Shown here piece after piece: positions 1 to 8,938 of a DNA stretch of 64,000 nt. Every line of letters begins with the position of its first letter. Position 1 is the first letter of the stretch. The notes beneath the pieces are model-generated. The model did not search any database. It had not been told where the DNA came from and was given only the letters and a program-made list of their open reading frames with translations. Both the position numbers and the translations under genes were made by a program. The stretch comes from a virus (lineage: Duplodnaviria; Heunggongvirae; Uroviricota; Caudoviricetes), in IMG/VR virus record IMGVR_UViG_3300048854_000273, positions 43,413 through 107,412 of that record; one strand, 5' to 3'.

Positions 1-635
1 TCGTCATCCCCTTCGTCGACCACGTCGTCATCAAGGTCGCTGACGTCTTCCTCGTTATCTGGCAGATCGTCCAGCTCGCTCTCGTCGCGCTCCCGAAGTG
101 CCTCGATCTGCTCGGCCGTGAGTTCGCTGATGACCAGCTCCGGCATGCCGTCTTCATCCATGCCGTCGTCCTTGTCGAGACCCAGCACGGCCCAGCGCTC
201 CTCGCGCGCCTTTTTCAGCACGGTCATGGCCGCGTCGAGCGACTTCAGGTTGTTCAGGACGGTGGAAAATGCGTGTCCCGCGGCCTTCGCCTGCAGGATT
301 TCGTTCCAAGAGAGCTTCGCGAGGCCCGAGGCCATCTTGTAGTGCTCCTCCTTGGTCTCCTTTATCCGGGCGGCCAGCACTGTCGCGTCGTCGATCGCTG
401 CTTTTTTGACTTCCGCCTTCACGGCAGCCGCGTGTTCTTCCTTACGGCAGCCGCGAACGGTGCCTTTGGCCTTGAAGTGGGTCGAGAAAGCGGACTTGTG
501 CTTGCCAAAACGGGTGGCGAGATCAACGAGCGTGACTTCACCCGACTCCCATAGCGCCTCGGCCTCCGCCCATTGCTTCGGGGTGAGGCGGGCGTGCTTG
601 CTCTTGGGTGCTACTGGTGCCGGAGCCTTCGTCAC
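1..635 (-). CDS. partial CDS running off window start; HTH-like DNA-binding protein, GTG start (633-635) after AAGGA RBS
   Basis: minus-strand translation VTKAPAPVAPKSKHARLTPKQWAEAEALWESGEVTLVDLATRFGKHKSAF... then acidic C-tail; absent from ORF track because non-ATG start and truncated. Confidence 0.45.
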   Translation of the reverse strand, partial: MTKAPAPVAPKSKHARLTPKQWAEAEALWESGEVTLVDLATRFGKHKSAFSTHFKAKGTVRGCRKEEHAAAVKAEVKKAAIDDATVLAARIKETKEEHYKMASGLAKLSWNEILQAKAAGHAFSTVLNNLKSLDAAMTVLKKAREERWAVLGLDKDDGMDEDGMPELVISELTAEQIEALRERDESELDDLPDNEEDVSDLDDDVVDEGDD

Positions 636-661
636 TGCCAATCCTTCTGGTTCGTTTTTTC

Positions 662-690
662 AAAAAAAAAGGGCGCGGAGGTTGGCGCCC
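662..690 (-). terminator. rho-independent-type hairpin GGGCGC..GCGCCC followed by U9 on minus strand
   Basis: stem 671-676/685-690, A9 at 662-670 on plus strand (U-run on minus transcript); lies between motif 752-765 and GTG start at 635. Confidence 0.5.
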
Positions 691-751
691 ATTCGGAGAC
701 AGAAAAACGAATCAGGGCTCCAATGTAGCCGCGGCCGCGGCATTTGTCAAC

Positions 752-765
752 AGTCAGTTTTGACT
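752..765 (+). promoter_or_regulatory. motif AGTCAGTTTTGACT
   Basis: overlaps the stop codon of 754..1146; followed 62 bp downstream (minus sense) by hairpin 662-690. Confidence 0.6.
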
Positions 766-1146
766 GTCCTCTCGCACAGCAATAAGCAATGCCGTCGCGC
801 GGGCAAGGTTTTCGTCAGATTGCGCAGACGTCTCCCTGGGTGTGCCATCGAGTTCGAAGCGACACACCCATCCCCCGCCCGGTTCGGGCATCACAGAGTG
901 CGGGATTTCGCGCTTAGCGAGCGCTTCTAGCGTGAGAGTCTCGCGTTCGCTGAACCGGGGTGCTGTAACCCAGTTGGTTTCGTCGGGATGGATGCCATTT
1001 TCCCAGCACTTGATGAGACCATCCTGGATTTCGACGAGGTAGCCGAGCGCAACCGCGATGGCTGCATCGAGCCTCAGTCTGTCTCTATCCACGGGGTCAG
1101 CCCAAGTTGGGTCCGCCTCGCATTCCCGGTATTCTTTATCTTTCAT
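754..1146 (-). CDS. hypothetical protein (130 aa)
   Basis: ORF with coding-like composition; last gene of minus-strand operon. Confidence 0.45.
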   Translation of the reverse strand: MKDKEYRECEADPTWADPVDRDRLRLDAAIAVALGYLVEIQDGLIKCWENGIHPDETNWVTAPRFSERETLTLEALAKREIPHSVMPEPGGGWVCRFELDGTPRETSAQSDENLARATALLIAVREDSQN

Positions 1147-1216
1147 TCTTTGTTTCTTTATTACTTATTACTTAATCTATACGGGAACGACTTGGGAGCC
1201 CAAGTGCGGACCCAAG

Positions 1217-1543
1217 TCAGGAACCCTCGAAAATCTCGTCGAGGAGTGAGTCTTCTTCTGAAGCAATGAATGCCGGACCCGGAGATGTCACGGGCGAGAC
1301 GACATAGCCGCGGCCTTCCTTCGTGATCGAGATCAGCACCCGCTTGCGGTCCCGGCGCTTCTCGGCCCCAGTCTTCTCAATGAGCCCATGCTTGATGAGA
1401 GCGCGGATCGAAAACTGGATAGACGCCTTCGTGGTCTCGTAGTTGATTCGCTCGATGACCTGGTCGAGATCGCACGCGGAGCCATCCGGGTTAGCCGCGG
1501 TAATCACGCGCAGCAGCTCGATCTGTTTGGTGGTCAGGTGCAT
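1217..1543 (-). CDS. MarR-type winged-helix transcriptional regulator
   Basis: IQFSIRALIKHGLIEKTGAEKRRDRKRVLISITKEGRGY resembles MarR wHTH recognition helix and wing. Confidence 0.55.
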   Translation of the reverse strand: MHLTTKQIELLRVITAANPDGSACDLDQVIERINYETTKASIQFSIRALIKHGLIEKTGAEKRRDRKRVLISITKEGRGYVVSPVTSPGPAFIASEEDSLLDEIFEGS

Positions 1544-2465
1544 TAAACGGTCCCCGCGAGCTTTGAGAGGTCGAGCGGCGCGTCCACCGGCTGGTTGTCA
1601 TACGCGAGCAGCGGAACGCGAGCGGGCAGCTCCCGCGGTGCTCCGAGATCGACGTCATAGTCCGGGTTGAGGTAGACGCCGTAGAGCGGGCTGGCGAAGA
1701 CCAGTTGCTGAAGTTGCTTGAGCAGCCAGCCCACTTCCATACCCTCAATGCGCTCCTGGGCGTCAAAGCGCTTGTTGCCCGACTTCTCGCGGCTCGAGTT
1801 GCGGAAATAAAAGGCCCGCAGCTCAGCCACACACTTCCCGCGGATGTGCGCGGGCATGGCGTTGATTTCTTCCATCACGCCGACATAGTCGGACGGCACC
1901 GATTCGAACCAGCGCCGGAACAGTTCGAGGCCCGATTTGTATTTGGCACTGGGCCGCGGCCGCACAAACCGCACACCCGCCTTGGCCGCGAATGGGTTGA
2001 ACTTCGACATGGACGACTGGAACTCCACGATGCTCGAGCCCGACAGGCGCATCATGAGGTTCTGCATCCGGTAAGCGATGCCGGCCCCGCGATACATGGT
2101 GTCCAGCACCAGGCGGCTGTTCGTGCAGGCGTTGTCGTTCAGCCAGTTCATCCGATACTTGTTGATGAGCTTGGTGTCCATCCCGTTCTGGTTGGGGCGC
2201 AGATGCTTGAACACTTCGTTGCGGCCCGAGGACAGCGCGGAGGACACCGTCATGACGCCCACTCCGATGGTCTGGTCGCGCAGCACGCACCGATAGAAAT
2301 TCGGCCCGAACGGCAGGTTCTCGGCTTTGTAGTGCAGCTCATGCAGCAGATCCCAGTCCGCCTTGGTGCCGCGTTCGACGTAAATCTCGGGCAGCAGTGA
2401 CAGGCTCACGCGGCCGACGTCGTGCCGCTCGATCAGGACGTCGGGGTTGTCAACGACGATCGCCA
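1543..2465 (-). CDS. hypothetical protein (~307 aa; start taken at MAIVVDNPDV)
   Basis: long ORF; upstream in-frame extension is Arg-rich and overlaps the neighbouring membrane-protein gene. Confidence 0.45.
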
Positions 2466-2734
2466 TTGCGTTTGCTTTCCATAAACCGTTGATAGAACCA
2501 GATGCTGGTTGCGATGCCTGAGCAGCCGCCGGCAGCGCTCGCGAGAAACGCATAGAGCGATCCTGACGCTGCCGCGTGGGCAAAGGTGAACTGACCCACG
2601 CTGATCCCGAAGGACGTCACCACGGACGCGAAATAGCGCCCCTGATTGACGTTCTTCGACTGCACACCGAGAAGAAACACCGACCCGAATGATGCGGCGA
2701 AAAGAATGAGCAGCGTGAGCCAGGTCATTCGCAT
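2450..2734 (-). CDS. small membrane protein (2 predicted TM segments)
   Basis: MRMTWLTLLILFAASFGSVFLLG... hydrophobic; ORF-track version 2450..3040 carries a spurious Arg-rich N-terminal extension. Confidence 0.45.
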   Translation of the reverse strand: MRMTWLTLLILFAASFGSVFLLGVQSKNVNQGRYFASVVTSFGISVGQFTFAHAAASGSLYAFLASAAGGCSGIATSIWFYQRFMESKRNGDRR

Positions 2735-3063
2735 GCCCGCGCGGCGGCTGAGAGCTCGGCCATCGACACGGACGACGCCGCGGTGCTCGCCAGCGTCGTA
2801 GTGTTTATGCAGGTGGGGCCGCCGATTACGCCCGTGAAACCGCCGGGTGTGAGGCCGATACCGACACCTCGCAGGTAGCCGTCGGGGCTGACCATTAGCG
2901 AGTCCTGCACCGTCTTCGGTCGATCGGCGGCCGGCTGCTTCTGTGCCGGCGCTGCGCCCACCTGACTCAGCTTGTCCCGAAGCTGTTCGCGCACGTCCAT
3001 GTTGATATCGGCGCCGCCGTCGAGGAACCCTTCGAGCCACCAGATGAATTGTTCGGGCGTCAT
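2725..3063 (-). CDS. hypothetical protein (112 aa)
   Basis: MTPEQFIWWLEGFLDGGADINMDVREQLRDKL...; ATGA start/stop coupling with the upstream small ORF. Confidence 0.45.
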   Translation of the reverse strand: MTPEQFIWWLEGFLDGGADINMDVREQLRDKLSQVGAAPAQKQPAADRPKTVQDSLMVSPDGYLRGVGIGLTPGGFTGVIGGPTCINTTTLASTAASSVSMAELSAAARACE

Positions 3064-3236
3064 ACGGCGTTCACCAGGATCGTGGTTGCGTTGGCGATGT
3101 CCAGATCGGACACACCACCGGTCGGCGGCAGGTCGTCATCGTCCCGGCGGTCCTTGCTGTCGACCATCTTGACGATCAGCGCCCAGAAAGCGAGCAGGCC
3201 GATGATGATCAGAGGCAGGGTCAGGCAAAGGTCCAT
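3060..3236 (-). CDS. small membrane protein (58 aa), not in ORF track (<60 aa)
   Basis: MDLCLTLPLIIIGLLAFWALIVKMVDSKDRRDDDDLPPTGG...; stop TGA overlaps next ATG; start 2 nt after thioredoxin stop. Confidence 0.4.
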   Translation of the reverse strand: MDLCLTLPLIIIGLLAFWALIVKMVDSKDRRDDDDLPPTGGVSDLDIANATTILVNAV

Positions 3237-3237
3237 G

Positions 3238-3588
3238 TCAGAACTCCAGTTTGAGTGCGGACTCGCCGAGTCCGAGTTCGCCGAAATACTCTTTCAGCGC
3301 GGCTTCGGTGCGGTCGCCCGAGAAGCGGCCCTTGGGCAGCCCGCCGTCGAGGGTGATGACTGTCGGAACCGCGCGCACGCCAAAGAGACCGGCCAGTTCC
3401 GGCTGATCACCGGCATCGACCACGGCGAGCGTGAAGCCCCACTCGTCGGCGAGTTTCGCGAGCTTGGGCTTGAGCTGCCTGCACGGGCCGCACCACGAGG
3501 CCGTGAAAACCACGACCACGGGCTCCTGCTGCGACTTTTCAGTGACGAAGTGGTCGAACGTTTCCTTCGTCGGGTTAATGACCGGCAT
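3238..3588 (-). CDS. trx: thioredoxin
   Basis: WCGPC active-site motif (ASWCGPCRQLKP) and thioredoxin fold spacing; start taken at MPVINPTKE. Confidence 0.85.
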   Translation of the reverse strand: MPVINPTKETFDHFVTEKSQQEPVVVVFTASWCGPCRQLKPKLAKLADEWGFTLAVVDAGDQPELAGLFGVRAVPTVITLDGGLPKGRFSGDRTEAALKEYFGELGLGESALKLEF

Positions 3589-4237
3589 CTTTGTATCCTT
3601 CGGGGGTGTAGGCGACCTCGATCTTTTCGCGGTAGCGCTTCTCGATGTAGACGGAAGGCGCCAAGTCCGCGCGCAGGTCGAGGTGAGTGGTAGCGACAAG
3701 CAGCGTCGCGCCGGCGGTGCGGGCGACCTTCTGCATGTTGAAAGCAATGACGCGGGCAGTGTCCCGGTCGACCACGGCGAGAAACTCGTCGGCAACCCAG
3801 ACCTTGGCGTTCGCTTCGATCAGCTTGGCGAGACGGAACCGGTAGCGCTGCCCGTCCGACAGCTCGGCGGGCTTGCGAATGAACAGGTAGGCGTCGTTCA
3901 GGCCCGCGATCGACAGGTATTTCAGCGCGTCGTTGGTGTCGGTGCCGATCTGGTTGATGAGCGGGCAGTCCTGGAACTGGATCTCATCGATATCGCACAC
4001 GGCGTCGCCGGCGGCCTTCATCTGCGCCTTCAGCTCTCGCAGGACTGTGGACTTTCCCGAGCCGGACTGGCCGGTCACGTAGACCACATCTCCCTGCTCG
4101 ATATCGATTGCCTGGTTGTCGAAAACGACGAATTCCTTGTCGTCCAGACCCAGCCCGAACGCTTCGGCGATCTCCAGCACGCGGTCGGTGCGCTCAACCG
4201 TCGCCGTGAAGCGCTTGTTCACCATGTATTGAGTCAT
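3575..4237 (-). CDS. ABC-transporter-type ATP-binding domain protein (stand-alone NBD)
   Basis: Walker A GQSGSGKST, ABC signature LSDGQRYRFRLA, Walker B VWVADEF, H-loop TTHLD; start taken at MTQYMVNKRF. Confidence 0.65.
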   Translation of the reverse strand: MTQYMVNKRFTATVERTDRVLEIAEAFGLGLDDKEFVVFDNQAIDIEQGDVVYVTGQSGSGKSTVLRELKAQMKAAGDAVCDIDEIQFQDCPLINQIGTDTNDALKYLSIAGLNDAYLFIRKPAELSDGQRYRFRLAKLIEANAKVWVADEFLAVVDRDTARVIAFNMQKVARTAGATLLVATTHLDLRADLAPSVYIEKRYREKIEVAYTPEGYKDAGH

Positions 4238-4557
4238 GCCGCAGCCTGCCTGTTGATCGACACCCACCAGACCATCGCATTGGGGTTGTCCTGCCATAGC
4301 AAACAGAGGCCGCGGGCGCCGAACAGCGTGAAGTCCTCTTCGTCGTTCTCGTCGCCCAGATCGAAGTAGTAGTGGATCGCGTGCATGGCCTCGTGCAGGA
4401 ACGTGTCCGCGAGATTCTGTGCGGTCTGGTCCGGCGCCACACGAATCTTGTGGTTCATCGGGTTCATGTGGCCGAACGAGCGCGAGGCGGTTGAGTCGCC
4501 GGCGTCCTCGATCTCCACCGCAAAGCGGAAGTGGCCGATCTTCAGCGATTTGGGCAT
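4234..4557 (-). CDS. HExxH zinc-metallopeptidase-like small protein
   Basis: FLHEAMHAIHYY motif; start taken at MPKSLKIGHF; the upstream part of the ORF-track frame is low-complexity. Confidence 0.45.
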   Translation of the reverse strand: MPKSLKIGHFRFAVEIEDAGDSTASRSFGHMNPMNHKIRVAPDQTAQNLADTFLHEAMHAIHYYFDLGDENDEEDFTLFGARGLCLLWQDNPNAMVWWVSINRQAAA

Positions 4558-4583
4558 ACCCCTGTAGGGGTCGTCCGCGCGCT

Positions 4584-4721
4584 TCAGTCGTCCGGCGTGA
4601 GAATCAGCGCGAGCAACACCAGTTCGTCGGCCGTCAGCTCGACTGGCTCGCGACGCCACGCCCACACGGCCGCCAGAGCGGCCAGAACCAGAAGTGTCAC
4701 CAGCAGCATTGGAATCGTCAT
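4584..4721 (-). CDS. very small membrane protein (45 aa)
   Basis: MTIPMLLVTLLVLAALAAVWAWRREPVELTADELVLLALILTPDD; alternative frame inside ORF-track 4234..4764. Confidence 0.3.
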   Translation of the reverse strand: MTIPMLLVTLLVLAALAAVWAWRREPVELTADELVLLALILTPDD

Positions 4722-4760
4722 CGCGGTCCTCGATTACGGCTTTGGGGTGGGTAAAGGTCT

Positions 4761-5411
4761 TCATGCGCTTGTCACTTCCTTTGCGTGAGCAACCAGCGCG
4801 TCGGCGCCGGTCAAACCTGTCTGGGATTCGATCGTTGCCATGAAGCGCGCAAGGTGACGCTCATCGCGGCCCGCGATGCTCTTGAAGCCCAGCACCTTGT
4901 CGAGCCGCACATCACGCGAATCGGTTTCCTCGACTGCCTTGGTTGCCGACTGAGCCTGCTCACGCACGACCACGTTCAGATCCTCGACGAACGGTGCGTC
5001 GTTGATTTCGCCCAGGTCCGCGGTCATGAACTCCAGCTCCTTCGCGTCGAAGATGCCTTCGAGGCTGACTTCAAGCGAGGCCAGTTCTTCCTGAAGCAGG
5101 CGCGCGTCGATCTCCGAGATCGCAACGCGGTTGTCGGCCAGACGCAGCGCCTTGGCTTCTTCCTTCGAGAGGTCATCGCGGACCACGACCGGAACGTGCT
5201 TCAGCACAGGTTCAAGTAGCGATGCGAGGCGCCGGCCGTGACCCGCGATGATCGTGCCGTCGGCTTCCGTGACGATCGCCGTGGTCCAGCCGAACGTGTC
5301 GATGGACTTTCTGATCTTGGCGATCTGCGCGGCGTCGTGGATCTTCGCGTTGCCCGCGTAGGGCTTCAGGAAGTCGATCGGCTTCAGTTGTGGCTTGAAT
5401 TCTTGACTCAT
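4761..5411 (-). CDS. ParB-like nuclease domain protein
   Basis: ParB/Srx N-terminal motif TIIAGHGRRLA. Confidence 0.65.
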   Translation of the reverse strand: MSQEFKPQLKPIDFLKPYAGNAKIHDAAQIAKIRKSIDTFGWTTAIVTEADGTIIAGHGRRLASLLEPVLKHVPVVVRDDLSKEEAKALRLADNRVAISEIDARLLQEELASLEVSLEGIFDAKELEFMTADLGEINDAPFVEDLNVVVREQAQSATKAVEETDSRDVRLDKVLGFKSIAGRDERHLARFMATIESQTGLTGADALVAHAKEVTSA

Positions 5412-5599
5412 GCTGCGACGGGCTCCAACCAGATCGTGTCTTCGTTTTCGGCCTTGTCGATCGCCTGCAGCTTGCGCAGGTCTTCGTCATAGCCATCGTC
5501 TTCGCCGTTGTGCTCGTAGTTCGAGCCCTCGTCGCAAGTTCTGCACTGGAACGGGTCGTATTCCAGATTCAGGCAGGTTCGGCAGAAAGCGAATTTCAT
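5408..5599 (-). CDS. small Cys-rich (zinc-ribbon-like) protein
   Basis: CRTC...CRTC pairs. Confidence 0.4.
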   Translation of the reverse strand: MKFAFCRTCLNLEYDPFQCRTCDEGSNYEHNGEDDGYDEDLRKLQAIDKAENEDTIWLEPVAA

Positions 5600-5600
5600 G

Positions 5601-5987
5601 TCAGACGATCACCCAGTCTTCAGCCAGCATGTCGGTCTGAGTTGGCACCCACGGGACTAACTTGTCGTCGGTTGTCTTGATGCAGACCCAGGGCAGCTCC
5701 GGCAGCTCGCCACCCTTACTGCTCGTCAGCAAGCAGCCCTGTGGGTCAAAAATTTCGAGCCACATGCCCTTGCCGTTCCATCCCGCGCGCGCGACTCGCT
5801 GGTCTAGCTTCACCGCGTCAATCGCTAGTCCAAACGTGAGACCATCAGCGGCGCGATAGGCTTTGTGGAACGTGTCAGCAGGTGACCAGCTCATGTAGCC
5901 GTCCTCGTATTGAACGGTGTAACCGTCGACGCCCTCACGGGCCTGCGGCTGTGCCTGGACGATCTTTGTGCCGATATAGCGCTTCAT
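5601..5987 (-). CDS. DUF2829-like protein
   Basis: ARAGWNGKGMWLEI matches the conserved GWNGKGM core of the phage-associated DUF2829 family (from memory). Confidence 0.5.
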   Translation of the reverse strand: MKRYIGTKIVQAQPQAREGVDGYTVQYEDGYMSWSPADTFHKAYRAADGLTFGLAIDAVKLDQRVARAGWNGKGMWLEIFDPQGCLLTSSKGGELPELPWVCIKTTDDKLVPWVPTQTDMLAEDWVIV

Positions 5988-6004
5988 GCGTCTATCCTTT
6001 AACC

Positions 6005-6018
6005 AGTCAGTATTGACT
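6005..6018 (+). promoter_or_regulatory. motif AGTCAGTATTGACT
   Basis: 17 nt upstream of the ATG of 5601..5987. Confidence 0.6.
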
Positions 6019-6021
6019 GTT

Positions 6022-6669
6022 TTAATGCGTAAGCAGATGGACCAGCGCGTTGCCAGCGTTGGTCAGGGAGTCGTCTTCGGTGAACCGCTGGGCCTTCATC
6101 GTGGACTCGATCAACTCCGTGATGGTGCTGACGTCCTCGACCGGAACCTTGAAGCGCATCACCTGGTGGGTCTGAACCGCCTTCTCTTTCGGGAGAACGC
6201 TCGGGCTCCCGTCATCGTCCGGTATGTCTAAATCATCCAGCGCTATATTTACTGACGAGAAGATCGACGCGAAATCAGCGTCGGTGTAGGGCATGAAGCT
6301 CGCGAGGTCATCGGGTGAGCCCAGACCTTCCAGAAGCTCCGCCAGGCGCAACGTGTCGTCGTTGCCGTAGCGGCCGTTGTCGACCAGGCTGATCTCTTTT
6401 GCCCGCTTGTCGTCAATGCGACCGAGGTTCGTCACCGGCACCTGCGATAGCTTCAAACGGATCGCTGCATCGCGCCGGTGTGCGCCGCCCAGGATCTCCA
6501 GTGAGCCGTCATCCAGTTCGCGAACGATGATCGGCTTGAAGAGGCCCAGGCGCGTGATGGACGCGTCAATCTTGGCCTCGTTCTCGGGGCTGACCACGTT
6601 CGTGTTCCAGCCGTTGTGCTTCAATCGCTCGGGCGCGATCTGCACCGACTGGAATGGGGTTTTGCTCAT
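6022..6669 (-). CDS. ParB-like nuclease domain protein
   Basis: LEILGGAHRRDAAIRL ParB-type motif; AGGA RBS; motif 6690-6703 lies 20 nt upstream. Confidence 0.65.
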   Translation of the reverse strand: MSKTPFQSVQIAPERLKHNGWNTNVVSPENEAKIDASITRLGLFKPIIVRELDDGSLEILGGAHRRDAAIRLKLSQVPVTNLGRIDDKRAKEISLVDNGRYGNDDTLRLAELLEGLGSPDDLASFMPYTDADFASIFSSVNIALDDLDIPDDDGSPSVLPKEKAVQTHQVMRFKVPVEDVSTITELIESTMKAQRFTEDDSLTNAGNALVHLLTH

Positions 6670-6689
6670 GAGGTTCCTGATAATTTGAT

Positions 6690-6703
6690 AGTCAGTTTTG
6701 ACT
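6690..6703 (+). promoter_or_regulatory. motif AGTCAGTTTTGACT in divergent region
   Basis: 20 nt upstream of 6022..6669 start and 37 nt upstream of helicase ATG. Confidence 0.6.
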
Positions 6704-6740
6704 TATACTACGCCTAACTTATCGATATGGCAACCAAGCT

Positions 6741-8297
6741 ATGACACGCGTCACGATCGCTTACAACGCCACCACCGCAAAGCTCCATGAGCCGGATCGT
6801 GCGATCAAGCTCGAAGTCCAGCGGCTGATCTCCTACAAGGTGTCGGGGGCGGACAAGACCGACGCATTCAAGCGCGGCGGCTGGGATGGCCGCAGCTCGT
6901 TCTTCGACTTCAGGAAGGGCACCTTCCCCGCCGGCTTCGTGCATCTTGTGACGGCGGGTCTGCGGCGCGCGGGGCATGAGGTGCTGCATGCGGCACGACC
7001 CGCACCCGAGCCGCTCGGGCCGTCCAAGCCGAAGATCGACAGCTTTCCCGACGACCCCCGCTACGACTATCAGCCCGAAGTGGTCGAGCGGCTCGTCAAG
7101 CATCGCCAGATCATCGCGCAGATCGCAACCGGCGGCGGCAAGTCCCGGATCGCGCGGCTTGCCTTCGCCCGTATCCGCCGCCCCACCCTGTTTCTGACGA
7201 CGCGCTCGATCCTCATGTATCAGATGAAGGACGCATTCGAAGAGATGGGCGTGAAGTGCTCGGTGCTTGGCGACGGTCAGTTCGGAACGGTCTCAGTCGA
7301 TGCCGACGGTGTCGAACGTCATTCTGTGAAGATGATGAGCGTTGGCATGGTTCAGACGCTCGTCTCGCGTCTTGCAGAACCGTGCCCGGATGATGACGTC
7401 GAAAAGCAGAACGAGCAGACACGCATCAGGAACAAGACGATCGCGTTGCTGGAAAAGTTCGAGTTCGTGATCGGCGAGGAAGCTCACGAGGCTGGCGGCA
7501 ACAGCTATTACGAGATCCTGCGCCACTGCAAGAACGCGCATTACCGCCTGGCCCTGACAGCGACGCCTTTCATGAAGGACGACGAGGAGTCGAACATGCG
7601 CCTGATGGCCGCGTTCGGCCCGATCGGTATCAAGATCAGCGAGAAGATGCTGATCGACCGCGGCATCCTGGCCACCCCCTGCTTCAAATACATCGAATTG
7701 CAGAACAAGCCGGCCAAGCTGTTCCGTGGCACCACCTGGCAAGCCGCCTATCGTCTGGGCATCGTGGACAACGCCGAGCGCAACGCTCATACCGTCTACG
7801 AGGCTCGCCGGGCGGCTGCGTTGAAGCAGCCGGTGATGATCCTGGTGCAGCAGACGCGCCACGGTGAGCTTTTACGGGAACAACTCGCCGCAAAGGGCGT
7901 GCGCGTTGAGTTTCTGCAGGGCGAAAACAAGCCGAAAGAGCGTAAAACCGCACTTGGCAAGCTCGCGAATGGCGAAACCGAGGTTCTGATCGGCACCACC
8001 ATCCTGGACGTCGGCGTGGACGTGCCGGCCGTTGGTTTGGTGATTCTTGCCGGCGGTGGAAAAGCGGAAGTTGCGCTTCGCCAGCGCATCGGACGCGGTG
8101 CCCGAGCGAAAAAGAAAGGCCCAAACCGGTTTCTGGTTGTGGACTTCAATGATCCGTGGAACTCGCACACTAAGGAGCATGCCCTGCAGCGCCGCGCGAT
8201 CGTTGATTCGACGCCGGGTTTCGCGGAGAACGTGTTGCCGGCTGGCGCCGACTTCGACTTCGTCAAACTCGGGTTTGCGACTCGCAAGGCTGCCTGA
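6741..8297 (+). CDS. superfamily-2 DNA helicase (DEAH-type, UvsW-like)
   Basis: Walker A IATGGGKSRIA, DEAH-like GEEAHE, motif III LTATPF, motif V LIGTTILDVGVDVP, motif VI QRIGRGAR. Confidence 0.85.
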   Translation: MTRVTIAYNATTAKLHEPDRAIKLEVQRLISYKVSGADKTDAFKRGGWDGRSSFFDFRKGTFPAGFVHLVTAGLRRAGHEVLHAARPAPEPLGPSKPKIDSFPDDPRYDYQPEVVERLVKHRQIIAQIATGGGKSRIARLAFARIRRPTLFLTTRSILMYQMKDAFEEMGVKCSVLGDGQFGTVSVDADGVERHSVKMMSVGMVQTLVSRLAEPCPDDDVEKQNEQTRIRNKTIALLEKFEFVIGEEAHEAGGNSYYEILRHCKNAHYRLALTATPFMKDDEESNMRLMAAFGPIGIKISEKMLIDRGILATPCFKYIELQNKPAKLFRGTTWQAAYRLGIVDNAERNAHTVYEARRAAALKQPVMILVQQTRHGELLREQLAAKGVRVEFLQGENKPKERKTALGKLANGETEVLIGTTILDVGVDVPAVGLVILAGGGKAEVALRQRIGRGARAKKKGPNRFLVVDFNDPWNSHTKEHALQRRAIVDSTPGFAENVLPAGADFDFVKLGFATRKAA

Positions 8298-8313
8298 AAC
8301 GTGCTACTTTGAT

Positions 8314-8327
8314 AGTCATTACTGACT
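8314..8327 (+). promoter_or_regulatory. motif variant AGTCATTACTGACT
   Basis: 12 nt upstream of ATG 8340. Confidence 0.45.
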
Positions 8328-8339
8328 ATGGAGCATTCA

Positions 8340-8530
8340 TGAAGCACGCCCTGATCCTGAACGTGATGATCGTCCTGGCCGTGGTGCTGGCGATCGTCGT
8401 TTCGCGCAGCCCGGTGCCGCTATTCGCGCTGTTCATGCTGCGGGAGTTTCCGTATGCGCTGATGGTGCCGCAGCCGCAGGTAGCGACCGATGACGGCGAG
8501 CCCCGGATCGGATTCACCGCCGCCGTCTAG
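8340..8530 (+). CDS. small membrane protein
   Basis: MKHALILNVMIVLAVVLAIVVSRSP... with GGAG RBS; motif variant 12 nt upstream. Confidence 0.4.
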
Positions 8531-8593
8531 TTGACCTGATCTGACAAATGCTTTGCCGTAAAATGGGTGCCCCTCACGGGCACCCCACTTTCG

Positions 8594-8633
8594 TTAGAAG
8601 AAAAAACGTCGTGACTATAATTTGCATGCAAAT
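8594..8633 (+). promoter_or_regulatory. sigma70-like promoter TTAGAA-16-TATAAT overlapped by perfect palindrome ATTTGCATGCAAAT (8620-8633) and GCAAAT repeats
   Basis: -35 at 8594-8599, -10 at 8616-8621, GGAG RBS at 8654, ATG at 8666. Confidence 0.5.
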
Positions 8634-8665
8634 GCAAATGCACGTTTTTCAATGGAGCATTATAG

Positions 8666-8935
8666 ATGGATCAGGACAAACAAACGCGCTACACGGTCGT
8701 CGTCGGTAAGCTCGCGCAGTCGCGACTCGCATCGATCGCCAAGCAGTTCAAGATCAGCCAGGGCGCCGTCATGGAGGTGATGATCGAGAACGTGGATGTC
8801 CAGGCGCTCGAGGAGCAGTTCAAGGCCCGGCGCGAGCTAAAGGTCCAGAGTCGCGGCAGCAAAAGCGAACTGATGAACACTCTCAAGGCTCTCACGCCCG
8901 AGCAGCGGGCCTATCTGGAAAGCCTGAAGGGGTAA
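8666..8935 (+). CDS. hypothetical protein (89 aa)
   Basis: clean ORF behind the sigma70-like promoter and RBS. Confidence 0.5.
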   Translation: MDQDKQTRYTVVVGKLAQSRLASIAKQFKISQGAVMEVMIENVDVQALEEQFKARRELKVQSRGSKSELMNTLKALTPEQRAYLESLKG

Positions 8936-8938
8936 AGC

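Noticed and set aside
731-740. GCGGCCGCGG NotI-type palindrome at the end of ORF 754..1146
   Set aside because: Isolated GC palindromes are expected in 60%-GC DNA, and there is no repetition or positional pattern.
2734-3040. Arg-rich N-terminal 100 aa of ORF 2450..3040, and similar Arg/Gly-rich extensions at 35981..36808, 28083..28751 and 4234..4764
   Set aside because: The extensions overlap real genes in another frame and are compositionally non-protein-like. Internal Met starts with an RBS or ATGA coupling give compact genes.
8616-8621. Genome-wide motif as a sigma70 -35 (TTGACT) or extended -10 (TGACTAT) element
   Set aside because: TTGACT inside the motif is never followed by a -10 at 16-18 bp. 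The one good sigma70 promoter (8594-8621) is structurally different.
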